A stretch of DNA of 64,000 bases from assembly GCA_000934665.2 (NCBI GenBank), contig KZ538027.1:62001-126000 (forward strand), read 5' to 3'. Positions 37,601 to 52,600 of this stretch are shown piece by piece (positions within the stretch are counted from its first letter, which is position 1; each line of letters starts with the position of its first letter). The translations under genes were made by a program, and so were the position numbers. The notes under the pieces are model-generated. The model did no database searches, was not told the origin of the DNA, and worked only from the letters and a program-made list of their open reading frames with translations. This DNA comes from Catajapyx aquilonaris (taxonomy: Eukaryota).

Positions 37601-40600
37601 GAGGAGATTGCCAGTCATGCAGCCAATCACAGGGCTCAGGACGTGACCCAAGAATATCGATATATCGTCCTCAACACCGCGATTGGAGAATATCGATACA
37701 CAAGGAACATATCAAGAATATTGATGCATCAGAACATCAATAATATCGATATATCAGAACATATCAAGAACATAGATATATCAAAATATCGATACGCAAG
37801 CCCACATCAAGAAAACGATTTATCTGGATACGAGGGAGGAGCTTACCAGCCATGCAGCCAATCACAGGGCTCAGGACGTGACCCAAGAATATCTCGATAT
37901 ATCGTCCACAACCACGCAATTGAAGGATATAAATCACCAAGAACATATCAAAAATATCGATATATCAGTACATGTCAAGAACATCGATATATCAAAATAT
38001 TAATACACCGATCATATCAAAAATATCGATATATCAAAACATTGATACACCCTTGGATACACCGATCATATCAAAAATATCGATATATCAAAACATGCAA
38101 GAACATCGATACATCAGAATATGTCTAGTACAACGACATATCAGAACTTGCAAGAACATCGATATATCAATATTAATAAACAAGACCATATCAATAATAT
38201 CGATATATGAAACCATATCAAGAACATCGATATACCAACCTATATAAAAATTATTCATCAGAATATATCAAAATATCGATACATCAAGAACATATCATCG
38301 ATAAATTAAGAATATATCGAGAGTGTCGATGTATCGATATTTTTGGGTGCCTCCTGATACATCTGTTGCTAGTTTTTACTGATTTGTTCACCCTGTAGGC
38401 TCCTGCATGAAGGAATGCGTTCGTTTGGAGTGTCTCTGTACAGCAGGTCCCAGTCAGTGGTGGGAAGAAGACCACGCGCCTGGTGATTTCCATCTCTCCG
38501 GGACATGTCATTTTTATTCGGGCCACATTTCATTTTTACGGTTGGTTCCAGTCCACCTTTACTGCGCATCAGAAGCTATCTGGCCCTCTCCACCCCCCTC
38601 CACCTTTTCCTCCTTCCTCTCAAAGGCCCAGAGAGGGACAGCTTTATTGCTCCAAGAATCCAGCTTTTTCCGAGTGCTACTTTTTACTTGTGACAAGTGA
38701 AAAGTGTGAAACTACTCGCTTTTTGAGGAGGAATTGAGGTGGACAAGAGGTCAAATCTAAAAACCGATTCTTTCCCTTTTTGTGCCAAGCCGCGTGTGTT
38801 GTGTGTGTTGTGTGTGTGCACATACACAATGGGATTACATGGGTGCAGCGTTGGTAACCGGACACATGTGACATAAAGGACTTCCCTACTGGGGGTTGTT
38901 TGAAGCGAATTATTATGCCCCCTTGCTTTCTAAGGAGCCGGACTTTCTCCAGCAGGGGTTGGAATTTCACAACTGGAGACATTTAGCAACCTTCAATTCA
39001 TCATCTGGTTTGCGGCGATTGTCCCTTTGATTTTAAATTATGGGATGGGCTGCTGGAAGGTAAGGGGGGGGGGGTGTATAGAGGAACCACCGTTACCACC
39101 TGAGGTGTGATGTTTTTTTTTCCAGGAGAAGGTTACCGGTGGAACAAAAGGCACGAGCATCTTCCGAAGCCATTTTCATTGGGGATCAATTTGGTGGCCC
39201 GAAAGAAAAAAAAAAATGGGGGCCAACTTTCCACACCGCAATTAATCCGCATCTGCATGTGGATGAATTCAAAGGCAAAAAGGGGAAGGAGAAAACGGAC
39301 GTGACCCAGTGCTCCTTTGAGATGCTGGACAAAACGCTGCCCTTTAGGGTAAAACATGTTGACAAATACGGAGCAAAAAAAAGGAGAAATATTCCCCTCC
39401 CTTGGAATGCGACGTTAATTTGTCAAAAAAAAGCCAAGCAATATCACTTAACAATTAATTGACCATGTTCACACCCGGATGGTGAGGATGTTTTATGTGT
39501 CGAGTAGTCCCGGACATGTCAAAGGTGGACAACGGACATCAAGTGGGCCAATCGCCCACTTGGGTCTGCTGCAAAATTCCCCACAAAATAGTTCATTGCC
39601 ATATGACCAGTCGGGGTCTTTTCCACATTAGAGTTAAAGAGCATGCAAAACATGCATCGCACTTGCATGGTCACGTTACTATCACGGCTGGTTTGTGCAA
39701 AAAAATATTGCAAAAAAAGTGCATGTACAGATCGCTTAAATAAAACGGGCCAAGTTCAAACGGACCAGACGTCCTCCAAGGTTATGCACTTTTTTTTCTT
39801 TCCTTCTGTCCCATCACAAGCAGAACCAGTCCCAACCATTGTTCTGTTTAGTTACTGTCTGTGCAAGTAACATTTCGAAATGTTTACAAGTACCGTTGGA
39901 CGGGTGACCCAATAGATAATGCCTTTTTTCGGACAAGGACTGTAGACTTGAATCCTGGAATCTCAACCTGCGGATCCATGCAAAAAAAAAAGAAAAGAAA
40001 GATTGGCTATAATTTATCGCTCATTACATAACAGCTGCCGCTTGCCAGGGCTCGTTGCGATTGCAATTTACGAAACTCTGCATCAAAATAATGAGCAATA
40101 TAATGGGAGTAAGTACCGTATTACCAGGCGTCGGAATGTCGTAATCGGTGCAACTTTCTTTGGGGAATGTTTCTGCATGGTATAACATTCCAGTCAAAAA
40201 AATATTTTCACTTGGGAGAAACGTTCCGCCATTTTCTTTTGAAGACGTCTCCATAATAATCCAAACACGGTGGCATATCTTGCCGGAACTGACATGTTCA
40301 GTGGGCGTGTCGCAATAATAATTTTCTCCCACAACATCATGAACAAGCTTTCTAGCAATGCAAAAAAAAAAAAAAAGTCGAGACTTGTAAAGCCTCCCAG
40401 TGTGCGACGGACATGTTGGCAAAACCCCCCCTCCGAAAATTAAAGCCCATCATCACCAAGGCTCATCAAATAACCTGACAACTGCAGCATAAGGCCTCGA
40501 AGGTTTGACGATGGCCCCAAAGCCTGATTCTTCAAGATCCACCCACGTGTTTCTTCACTGCAAAAAAAAAATAAAATGGCGGCCCCTCAAAAAAATTTAA

Positions 40601-43600
40601 ATAAAATAAAAAAAGATCCGCGTGGGAGCCACGCGTTTTCCACACATCACGCAGGTGATAAATATTTATTACGCCCAGAAACTACTCGATTAAATCGTGG
40701 GTATTGCCGTGCAGTTACAGAGGGTTAAAAGTGAGGTCGCTAAGAGGATTCGTGTACCAATAAACACCTATCAGTCCCTCAGTAATAAAATGAGCCACTG
40801 GGTGGTCCAAAATTGCCCCCCCAAAAAAGAGATGTCGTTGAGTTGAAAAGCCGTCACGGATCACTGTAAAAAAAATTAACTGCGATCTAGCTCATTTTCT
40901 GTGGCCATTTACGACAAAAATCTTGGCCAACTTTGCACGTTGTTTTCAAGGTTCAAAAACGGCTGAAAATTGCAGGGTTATCGTACAGTATCCGCAAAAA
41001 CTGCCCAATATTGGCTTTAATCCAATTAATCGTTGGATCACGATTAATTACACCGCCTATATAACTTCCTGGTTTTCCTTTAATACCAAAACCGTGCACA
41101 GTCTAAAACCGCCTCATCGGAAAAATGACTCTGCGGTTTTCCAGTTCGTGACAAGGCTCTTCTCATATGTGTGGTCACCTCCACACGTGACACATGTAAC
41201 CTTGACTAATGGGAGGTTAAACTGATCACCTGTCGCTTTCATACCCAACCGATAAATTTTTACATGAAAAGTAAACGGGACAATGTCGTGATTTTTAGCC
41301 ACAGGTTCCGTGATGAGTCTAAGATATACATACACAGGGGGCAACTTAATTAAGTAGTAGTTTGACCAACATTTCCTGGACGGATTGTGATCGTTTTCTT
41401 CCTTCCCAACCTTTCAAGTAGGTCTTGAATCAATCTGATTCTGAACAGCGATAATAAGGAAGACCTGTATTTTTTTTTTTTCAATCTTGTCGACACAGGG
41501 CTTCTCCTAAGGAGGAATATTAATGACAAGGTGTAGGGTTAGGAGGAAGGTAATACATAAAAATGAGAGCGGCTTGATCCTTTCAATCGAAAGGTAATTA
41601 ATCATTAAAGGGGGCTTGTTAGCATGGCGTCCATATAGAGGAACGATATCGCTCCAGATTTTTAGTTGCATATTCGGATAGTGATAGTCGGACTCTTCTT
41701 TAAAAGGTTGTTAGGCAAGTTTCCAGAAGCTGAAAAGAGCTCAATCTCTGCCACTCTGCACCTTCAGAAAAACCTTTTATATAGAGGGGGGAGACTCACA
41801 CAAAAACCAGCCGTTTTTCCTCCCAAACACACACCTTTTAAAAGTAGCCAGTCAGGTGAAGGAAATTTCCGAAGGCAGCTGCTTCCTCTTTCTATTTTTT
41901 GAAAAAGAGAGAACAGGAACTGATGGTAATCTCTTGGGGAGCCCCCACCTGGACAAATGATAAGTGGCCTGAGATTTTTAACCCCTGAATTGAGTTAGCT
42001 CCTACAGTGTGTGTCGGAAGAGCAGGTGGTGCTAAAAAATTATCCGATCTTAAGTTTTGATAACAAAGTAGATTAAAATGCTCTACCATTTTATGCACGT
42101 CTGTATAAATCGGATTTAATGATTTTCTAGACCCGACTTTTATGGGTTGAACCCCCCTGCATATTTGCGCCGACTTGGATAAAACCGGATTGTACATTTG
42201 GTGCAATTGATTACTTACAGAGGGTTTTACGGCCCTGGCCGTATAATTGCCAGGAGACTAGTTGACACATACCAAAAGACAGATAGCGAAATATTTAGCA
42301 ACTAAGTTGCAACCTGTCATTGTTGCAAGGGGGGGTAGTTTTCTCCACTAAATTTATATATAAAAAAAAATCCTGCCGAATAAAAGCATGTTTCTGACCT
42401 TATGTGACACAGGGTATGAAACAGGCCCCCGCCTGAATCTTTTTTCACGAATCAGCAGGGAACTCAGGAAGGAAAGAGAAAACTCATCATGTTTAAACCC
42501 CCCTCCTGCGGAGTGTGACCTGCACATGAGTAACTAGCTAACCACACCCAACAAAATGGCGAAGTAAGTCAGAGACTCCAAGCAGAAATTTTTAAAGAAA
42601 CAAAAAAAATTTAAAAAATAGTGTGGGAGTGGCCTTTCTTGGGAGCCGACTAATAGTTTTATTTCGGCAGAAATTAATTTACATATTTTTTCAGCTTTTT
42701 AAATATATACGTGGAGATCAATTTACATATGTTTTTTTTGTGGGTTAAAACCAGATTAAGTGACACCATTCTGATTATATCGTACGCGTGGAATTTCCGC
42801 GTGCAATTAAATCCAAGAGAATAATTATGCTAATCAAGCCAGCACCTACAGGGTCAAAAGTACACGCCCCGTGATGTTTATTCTCCGAGCCTACAAAGTG
42901 TGTTTTTTTTTGTGCATTCAAATTTTTCCGAACCTCATTAACGCGTCTGACTTGATTACCACGCAGCTGAATCTGGGATGGAATTATGCCGAAATCAGTC
43001 TGTTTCTTAGGAATTAATAGGGCCATCGGTATACATGACCTGCAACCGAAATAAAGTTCTTAGAATTGACGTGCAATTAATTACACATCACCTTGCAGTT
43101 CAGGTGAGGCCATCTGCACACTACATATTAATTAGTAAATATTATAATAATTAGTGCATAAAATGTGATTGTCAGCTTTAACATTTTTCAGGCATTTCCT
43201 TTTAAATTAAAATAAATTCATTTTTTAAATAATTTTTTCACGAATTTTCCGCACACTTTCACTCCTGCTTTTCAATGCGGGTCAGTATACACATTGTTTG
43301 TGCCCTTCAACAACTTAGCTCGAAATGACAGGGTTTGGCCCTCTTGTGTTTGCCCAGATGCTTAATCATTTCCAAACACTGACCATCCAGCGACCCGGTT
43401 TTCACGTCGAGGAAAATTTATGTTATTATTATAATTATCGCACCGTGTATTTTTTTTTTCCTTTCTTCAAGCCTCTTCCCCTATACTATATACTCTTTCA
43501 CCTTTCGGTCGAAAGTTGTTTTCCCCTCGTTAGTAATTGGGGAGGATGAAAAGCTCGAGCCAATAGAGAGATGCAAGAGATGGGTTGGGTTGTGGGATGA

Positions 43601-46600
43601 GTTTTGCTGGTGTTTTTCGATCGCCAATGGGGAGAGTTAGTTTGCTGTTTTGGACTCAAAGAAGGTGGAGTTCTGGTTGGTGTTTTTTTTTAATGTGTAA
43701 AAATCCTAAAGAAGTCCTCCACGTGTTTGACCAAAACACCGGATTTTTTTTTTTTTTAGAAAACAAAAGAAAAAACAAAGGCAAAACTGCAGGCTATGAC
43801 TTTCTTCAGGACACGCGGTAGCTGTTTGCCTAAATAAGCGTCTGCCTTTTTACGTCTCTTTGGAACTGGTTTGTCTTCCTTTTTATACCTGCGTGATGTC
43901 CATATCAACTATAAGCCTCTTATGTTTTAATATACAGTATCACACAGAGATGTGCCTGCACACCCTAGAGATACCGTATGGAGTGTGACACACTGAATTG
44001 TTGCGCATGATTAAAAATTTGGGCGTTCTCTTATGGTTTTGTCAGATTTTTTTAAAGTTGTTGTAAATAATTATCCCTTGTACAAAGCCAGTACACCCAC
44101 AGATATTATAACAGAATCAAATTGATATTAAGGGTGGTCCAGTCTGGAGTTGCAGGTGCAGCCTCGATTCCAAAGTGTGGCTGCACAGCTTTTAATCCGC
44201 TTCTTCATATATGGAGCTAGAACCGAAGGTCAGGTCGTAATGATATCAGATGATGGGTGGGAATGACAAGCAAGCCAAACTCGGAAACGAGATATACCTT
44301 TCTCTACCTCTCCTGATTTTTATTTTTTTTAAAAGTTCCTGTTCTTTCTTTGAACATGCCAGGAGGTCAGTAGAATGCTGCTGTAGGTAAGACCCCCAAC
44401 GAAAAACTACAGAAGGAATCTTCCAAGCCGGCGCGGCATGCCACCCTCGAGAATAGGCCTATTATTCTTTTCTGGAAGACAAAAGCCCCTGCTGGTAGGA
44501 TGTTCCTGTTAGCTCCTAATGGAAGAGGCCGCACTCGAATTATTGCGAGGACCAAATGGGTCCTTTTGTTAGGCCGAAACATGCGAAGGAGGCAGGTTGT
44601 AATGTCGAGTGTCTCTCTCAGGATATGTCTTTGTTGGTACATTTTGGCTGCTTGAACAATTATCACAATAATAGGTGTGTATGCAGGTGTCTTATCCCAC
44701 TTTTTTTTAGTGTGACAGCAACCAATAGCAGGGTCCCACATTTTATTTTTCCAGCAGCCCCTCCTATTTCCTTGGTGACAAATGAGAGCGGGGCACAACC
44801 CAACCTGTCTCGTCACACCCTCTTTATTTCTATTATAAGTGAGCTAGAGGTTGGAATAGTTAAAAAAAAAACAACATGGAGCAACCACTTTCTTTTTAAC
44901 AGGTCGCGAAGAAAACGACCCTTTGTTGTGTCGTGTTCGCAGCGTCACAAATTTTTGTGTGTATTTTTGGAGCCCGGAATTTCCATTTCAATGGCCGTTT
45001 CAGGATATAACCTAAGCCTACTTCTCTAGAACGAGTCCGGTCATTTAGAGCGTCGTTAAAGCTGAAAAAAATGGCCGGAAAGATGCAGCATCCTGATATG
45101 ACCCTTTTTTTTCTTCTTTCAACTGGCACGAGACTCGGGTCTGAAACCTTTGGAGACTCGTCTGTGATGTGCCATGAGGAGAAACTTCTTTGGCCCCACC
45201 TTGTAAGGTGGTGTCTTCATAGCCCAAATTGGTCCGCACGAAATCACCGTCCTTTATCTCTGTCACCAATGAGTCACTCGTTGCAAAAATGGCGTTGAAG
45301 GACAAGTTACAAGTAAAGCACTGAAGCATCAGCATCCTCAGGTTGGGTGTGGCACAAGCAGCAGGATTCAGGATATTATAACGGATCAGGCCAACTCTTT
45401 CCGATGACCAGTGGACAACCATTTTTTTTTTTTGGGGGGGGGGGGGGGGNGGGGGGGGGGTGCCTACTAACTTTTAATATATGGACTCGGCACAATCGAA
45501 GTGACCCCACTCTCACCTGCCCTGAGATAAATCACCCCGTGAAAGTGACCCATTGCATTTTGTCACCCCATATCCGGATGCTTGGTTGGCCATTGAGAAA
45601 CAAGAGAGATGAAAAGGGTGTTGCTACCGAATATTGCCAATTAAGTTGTCACAAATTTTGACACTAATGTCATGTTGCACCACCACCCATCAAAATGTGA
45701 TAATTAGCCTGGAATTCATTGTTGAGAATATTGTTCACAACAATGAGAGGGGCAGGGAGTGAAGAAAAGTTTGTTTGTTTGTCCATGGGAACGGGTTGCA
45801 CGTACATGGCATCAAAAAACAACGATTGTTGTTGATTACATTGCCAATGGAAACAAGCAGTGCGAAGAACGGGCTCCGCTGCTATAGTTGCGAATATTTT
45901 CAGAAAATCATTGTGCACTCGGACAACTGAGCCCACATTATCTTAAAACATGTGGTCTAATAATCATAAATCCATCGGTATAGTAATTGTTCAGCACCTG
46001 ACAGACAACAATGGCCTGTGAATTCATGATCCTGTAAGTTGCAAGCGAAAAAAAAAGCAATTAGCGAAATCCCACGCCATTAATTTATTATTGAGCCGCA
46101 GAGAAGCAAGTCTTTGAGGGCGTGTAAACGAGGCGTTGAAAACAGCGGGGGTTGAAAACAATGGGGCAAAAATCGAGTGGTCATTTGGAGCAAACAGGTC
46201 TCGGCGGAGACCAACTTTCGGGTCCAGGCATTATGGAGAGGATTATAAAGGAAGTTTGGCGAAAAGCAAGGCAATCATTGAGATGTACAAGTCGACACTT
46301 GGCACTTTCATCTTTGTGAGCTGGAGCTTTCCAAAATGCCCGAAAACTTCTGCAACCAATCGCGCAAAACTTTTCCTTGGCAATATTAGCAAAGGTGTTA
46401 AAGGTGTAACCGCGAACTTTTCACCTCTAATTAAGCGATTTTCCTTTTGCCTCTCAATTGCATGATTTATGCTGTCGGGTAAAAGTTTATCGGGCCTACT
46501 TTTTCTTATATACGCTTCCCAAAAAGTAGTAGTGTTAAGGAAGTATATAGAAAAAAAAGCGGATTGGGACCCTGTCACGTGCATGGCCGCCCTCGTTTAG

Positions 46601-49600
46601 AGCAGGCAACAATGGGCAAAAAGACTAATTACGCTCACTTAGACACATTTCCTCGCTGAATAATTCAGCCATATTTCATTTTGCTGGTTCTGCAGGTGCA
46701 CACACAGCACGAGAGAGTTCCAGTTTCGACTTACCGCGCAGTTGGAGGCGTCCAGTATCTCAACTTCCGTCGTCACGTTGTCAAAAGTCACCTGATGGCG
46801 GTAGAGGTAGTCTGAAACGACAAAATAATAATCATAAATCATAAAATTATGACCATTGTATAACGTACGCAGCTACGTTTATGTACGAAAGAAGTTGGAA
46901 AGGACATCAACAACTTAAAGTCTGTTATATCCGGAGTCAACTGCATTACAATGTGATTGTGTTAATGAAAATTTTGGCAACTTCTTCAGACGAAAAAAGG
47001 GACAGCTTCGTTACCACATCATTATCAAGAGTATCCGAGGCTGTGTGTCACTGTCACGTAGATAAGAAACGTAACTAAGTTGTTGTCATCGGCGGTGGTC
47101 TCCCGATCTGCCGCCATCTTGATTACTCTGTCCAGAAAGTAATTGCGTTCCTAGGTGCTTTGAAATACAACAATAAATAGAATAATCATCGCAATAACCT
47201 TGCAGGGACGATCGTTTGTCAACCTTGTAAGTGGATTGCCCGTGTACTTGCTTTTCATTCGCTCTCGAGGAAGACCGGATTGGATGGGAAGTTCATTAAT
47301 TGCTTTGCGAAGATGAACTCGAGTCAAATGCTCGCAAGTTCTCTCGATGACACGGAAAGATAATCCTCTCCATCAATAAGTAGCGGATTACTTTAGCGGG
47401 AGTTTTGTTACGTGGTGCTGGTTCCATAAACCCTAAACACTTGATGGGGGTCTGGCTGTCGACAACCGGTGGCGCGATGTTTACGAGCTCATTTGACAGC
47501 TACTGGCTCTTTTCCCCATCTTCAAGATTGCCCGAAGATTTGGGTCCCCCCCCCCCCCCTCCAAAAAGACCCAACGACAACGCCGTGTAGACAAACTTCT
47601 GGCGCAAAAAGGAACGACTCGAGGCGGAATATTAAGAATTTCATGCACCAAGCACACGTAACCATTTTATGCGATTATTCACACATGATGAGGTCGGTCC
47701 ATCCCAAAAGGAAACCCACGTCAATTTCCAAAATGTCCGAGGAAACAGTTGGTGTAATTCATCCGCTCCGACCGGACCTGATCACAACGTATGGAAACCG
47801 GAGCTGCCACATTTTTTAGTCGAGTTTGCACAATTCGACATGTCCAATCAGTACAGCGTGTAATCGACCAAAATTTTTTGGGGCTGATTGGGGGGTTAAC
47901 ACTGTCAATATTTTAGACAGGAAATGGATGGACCTCAGGATAAAGGCAAAATGCGATCGGTTCAGATAGGTCCGTGACTTCTGGGGGGCTGTTTCGACAC
48001 CCAGATTCAGATCGGTCTTCAGCAGGGGCGCCTTCGTCCAGCCGAGACCGTACATCACCAGAAGAAGAAGAATAATAAAAAAAGGTAAAGGCGCGGAAAG
48101 GTGCATCCCCCCAGAGGGCGAATAACCAACACACGTGTGAGTTATGATCCGGCGGAGCCTGTTTTCGGAGCCAAAAATGATGCCCTCTAGGAACTACCGA
48201 AAAGAATGGGGCTCACGACTTAATTGCAGAAGCGTTGCGGGGACTCCAAACTTCCGATAAGCTCCTGCACAAAAGAGAGGTGTGCGCAATCAAGCCGAAC
48301 TTTCAGAGAGAGAGAAAAAAAATCAAAAGTCTCCAAAGAAAATGTGTCAGACAATACGAGCCATCAGAATTGTAGATTCAAAAAAGTGCGGTTTTCGGAC
48401 GTTTTTTCCTGACTCAGCGGCACACACTATCAGTAGTCCGGAAGTGGGTTACACAGCCCGTGGACATACAAACATGTGAAACTTTCAGCTGTATTGTTGT
48501 TAAGAAATTTGATTCTCTCCTTGCACCTGTCAGTCCATTTGCCCTAAGAGGTCCTGACAGAAGGATCTCCTCTCGATTCCTCCAGATTATGGTAATCTAA
48601 CGATTCACCCTTTTAAATTTCCTCGCCCACAGCTTCAGGCCCACCTTTTTTTTGACTAAAAAATTGGGGAAAAAAGAGGCGAAGAAGGAAGCGCGCTCCC
48701 ATGTAATTGGATGTTCCGAGACGCCGGCGACTGGACAGGTACCATATCATCAGACTGATTACTGAGATATATTCCAAGAGGCTGTGCATGCGATTGTTGG
48801 TGAAAAAGCCACGTGGGAAAGAAATTTTTTTTTGGGGGGGGGGGGGGGNNNNNNNNNNNNNNNNNNNNNNNNNNNNNTATGTAGGTCGGGTTCACATGAT
48901 AACCTGTAGCATATCCCGCTGGTGAAATTAATGTGGTGACCTATGCAATTTGCATGATGAAGGTGACTATCAAGGGCGGTCCTTGCACCAACCAGGTATG
49001 TTGCTACAGGGTGTAGTATACCTAACGAGCAAACATTGACACACCCTGCAGGTTTTGCACTATCGATGGCCACGAACAAACAACTGCCCGTCACGCGTTA
49101 AAGTAGCTTTCATTTCACGTGTTACCGTTCTAGGCACGAATATTCGGCGTGGTAAATTTTTGCACGGCAGGAATAATGTTGGCAAAAAAAAAGTACGTTA
49201 TCAACAGTATGACCCGCGCACCGGGTATAACCGCACAAGTCGATGCACGATTCAGATACGGTACCCTAGAAAACGGCGTTGGCCGCTCAAGATTTTTCCT
49301 TCCCTTCACCCAAATCTCCAAAACCTGTTTTTGGAGTTGTTTTTTTTCTTCCCCCAAATTTTTTCAGGTGTGGGTCTATTGTAAGTATACCCAGGGCAAG
49401 GAACGATCCATTTGGGTAGGTAATGTCTCACAATGGCTTCCTCGCATCAGTGACAAGTGGCCCATCATGACAGAGACTGAGTGGTCTGGTGGATTCATCA
49501 GCATATGGCATTGCCGGCAGGGAACACTCTCATTACAGTGACAATGAACCTGAGGATTGGTTATCTGGAACCCTTGAATAGTTAAGATAGTAACGGGGAC

Positions 49601-52600
49601 CTCCCGTGCAGGAGACTTCAATGTTGGAATGAGCCAATATCTCAGTACGTGCAAAGAGCTAATGGATGACGAGGGTAATTCATTGTGATGCCGGGTATTG
49701 TTCCAGGTTGCGTGAATAATTGTTGAGAAGGTCGTGGTTTTATTTTAAAGAGCAATGAGCTTGCAAATTAACATCAATAATTAATACCGCTGTTGGCCAT
49801 GTTCAACCGACTTGTTCACGTAACTACATACAATCCGCGAATCACGTAATGCAATTAAGATTTTAATCCTTTCGACACGCGAATTTTTAATTAATATGTC
49901 GCGATATCAAAGAAGTGACCAATGCTTGGACTTTTGTCCTGCTTTCGCCTTTACCCCCACAATCTCATGAATAATTGATTGTTGAGCCCGCCCTAATTAC
50001 AATCACTTCCTTTCGGCTTTACATCTTAGAAATTGCAGGGCGTAACCTGAGACGCTCGCAAAAAAATTTGCAAAAAAATATTTATGGATCCCTTTTTTGC
50101 AAGGCCGACTAAATGCTGGGTCATATTCACCACTGTTTTCTCTGCTGGATGCTTGTATTACAGGGCCGGTTTTTTTTGGTTCATGTATAATACGAGTGTT
50201 TTAATGAAGATGAGAAGTGTGCACGCACTTGTGGGCATCTCCTGTGGAGCTAACCGCATGTACAGGGTGTTAGTAATGGTTCCAAGTTTTTTAAAAAAAA
50301 AATTCTTTAAAAAAAATCTCAGCATGAGACGGATTATTGAAACAAGAGCTGACGTCACTCATACCTAAATGCAAAGGACGGACTTATATCGCCCAATCAC
50401 GCCTCCCCATTTTTTTTTGGGCAAACACTATACTCACGAGCAGAGGGCATTGTACTTTTTAGTTCCGCGTGGGTAATTCAACCCAAGACGATTGAGTCGC
50501 AAATTTTTATTGAACATCCCCCCCCCCCCCCCNGTTCAATTAGCTGTGATTGATTGATTCATAATTGGCCATTTTATCATGGGCAAGTGGGGTGTTTTGT
50601 GTTGTCGGGGGGGGGGGGGGTGTTGGGGTGTTTTATATAAGCCGACAGGTGAAACCAGTGGTAATTAGATCGTCCGCGCCATTATTAATCAACGGTGTTC
50701 GCCAATTTTTCTTATAGGATCTGACCCAGCAGTGTGTATACAGACAGGTCATGAGCAATCAGCAAGGTAGAGACAATGAGATATGCTAATACTGACAAAT
50801 AGAAAGGTTGCTTTTTTTTATTACAATTCGTGATAACGGACCTTAAGATATGCAGTGATAAAAATGCAGTAGAGAGTGGGAGAGACAGACGCATCAAGCT
50901 CCCTGCAGCTGGGATCAGGTTTCAAGGGTGAATGAACGCGAAAAAATGTAAAAATCATTCGCATTTGGATATTTATTCCCATTTTGCCTTGGAGGCATAC
51001 ATCACGTTACCATACCGCATGTTTCATAAGTAAGGCTCATCACAAATCAACTTCAATTTTCACACCTGCTCAACCATGTGACTTCTTTTCAATGATTGCA
51101 ACCTCTTGTTTGTATATGTCCGGGCCACCTAACCCACTTCCGGAGTCCTAAGAGTCCTGAAACTGCTTGGCACACAGACTCCGGTAAAAGTCCGAAAATT
51201 GCAATTTTTTTTAAAAAAGTCTAATGTATCCAATTTGCGTTCAGTTTGAAAATATTGTAATAATTTATAGTATGTCAAGAATTATTCATTGCTTCCTCAT
51301 CGTTGATTCCGATTCTTGTTTGTCTGCTTGGTCATTGTCACGAACACGATGCACTGCTGAGTATGACATGCAAATCCTGCATCCTGAAGCAGCCTAACAA
51401 GATACTCGGCATGTGCAGTATGCTGCCTAATAATGAGTAAAGTGTGCTGGGTAAGGAAGTGAGGGGTTGGTGGTGGTGGGGGGTGCAATAAAGGGGCCTG
51501 CAATGCTGCCTATTAGTGAGAGAACCGCAAGAGAGGCCTTCCGGCCCAATTCCTTTTGCTGCTTCAAGTGGTGATGGCCCCCTCGAAAGGTGTTTTGGTG
51601 CAGGGGAATGCGGTTGGCCATGTCATTCAACTAGTTACGTGCGTGACCACTTTTGCAAAAGGAAGGCCCCGTTTTTCTTCCAACAGCTGTGGCCGGCTCC
51701 AGACTTATGCAAAACTCTTTTGCGGAAATCCTAATTGCATAATACACGTCCTTGGAGAAGAAGGTATATACACCACCCTCTCCAACCTTTATTATTCAAT
51801 GTCACACTCTGTGACGTCGGCATGTCAGTTACAGGCTGTATTACCAACGGAGATCCCAAGACTCGATTACATAACTGGATGGGAAGAAAGTGAATTGGAG
51901 GGGGTCCCTCCAAGCGATAAAGCAGGAGCATTGCTTCACGAAGCTTTTGATTATGCGGATGATAAACCCCGGGCCAGCTAGGGTGATTAATAAAGAATAA
52001 AAAGGGTAGGCACCCCCTTTGTTGTTTACATCTCAAGAGGAAGTAAGCCGAACACCGTTCAATATCCATCAAGAAACTGACCTTGCCCCTGCTCGATCAG
52101 ACATCAATTCTGACCCAAATTGCTTCAAATAATTCACTAATTACGTACACAGTATAGCCCAGTGGTGTTAACACCAAGGGCTCCTATAGAGGGGGAAAAA
52201 AGATTAACAGCTCCGTTAAGATAACCGGCGATGTCCTGACAGCGTAACTAAATAAGTGGAACTTGTTTGCAAGTACTGGCTTTTATAAGCCTATTGTTCG
52301 CTTCATGAGTTGTGATTGATGGTGGTTCGTCACCTCTTCTCATTCCTTATTTTGGATTCCAGCTGGGGTCAGAATTTATTCGGATTTGGTGAGACCCTCC
52401 GGGAGATCACTTTTGGGGGTCCTTCCCACATATATATATTTTTAAATATATGAAGAGGTATCGTGACGACTAGCAGCTAATCAAGCCACGTGGACAGTAT
52501 TTTTTTTCAGATATAGGACGCGTAACACTTTTTGAACTTATCTTGAAAAATCGAGAGAAATGTTTGCATGCAACTTGCCAGCATTCCTCTGTGTGTGTGT

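Noticed and set aside
37553..38398. ORFs of 191, 91 and 63 aa with YQKYRYI-type repeats
   Set aside because: They are translation artefacts of the TATCGATA repeat inside an intron.
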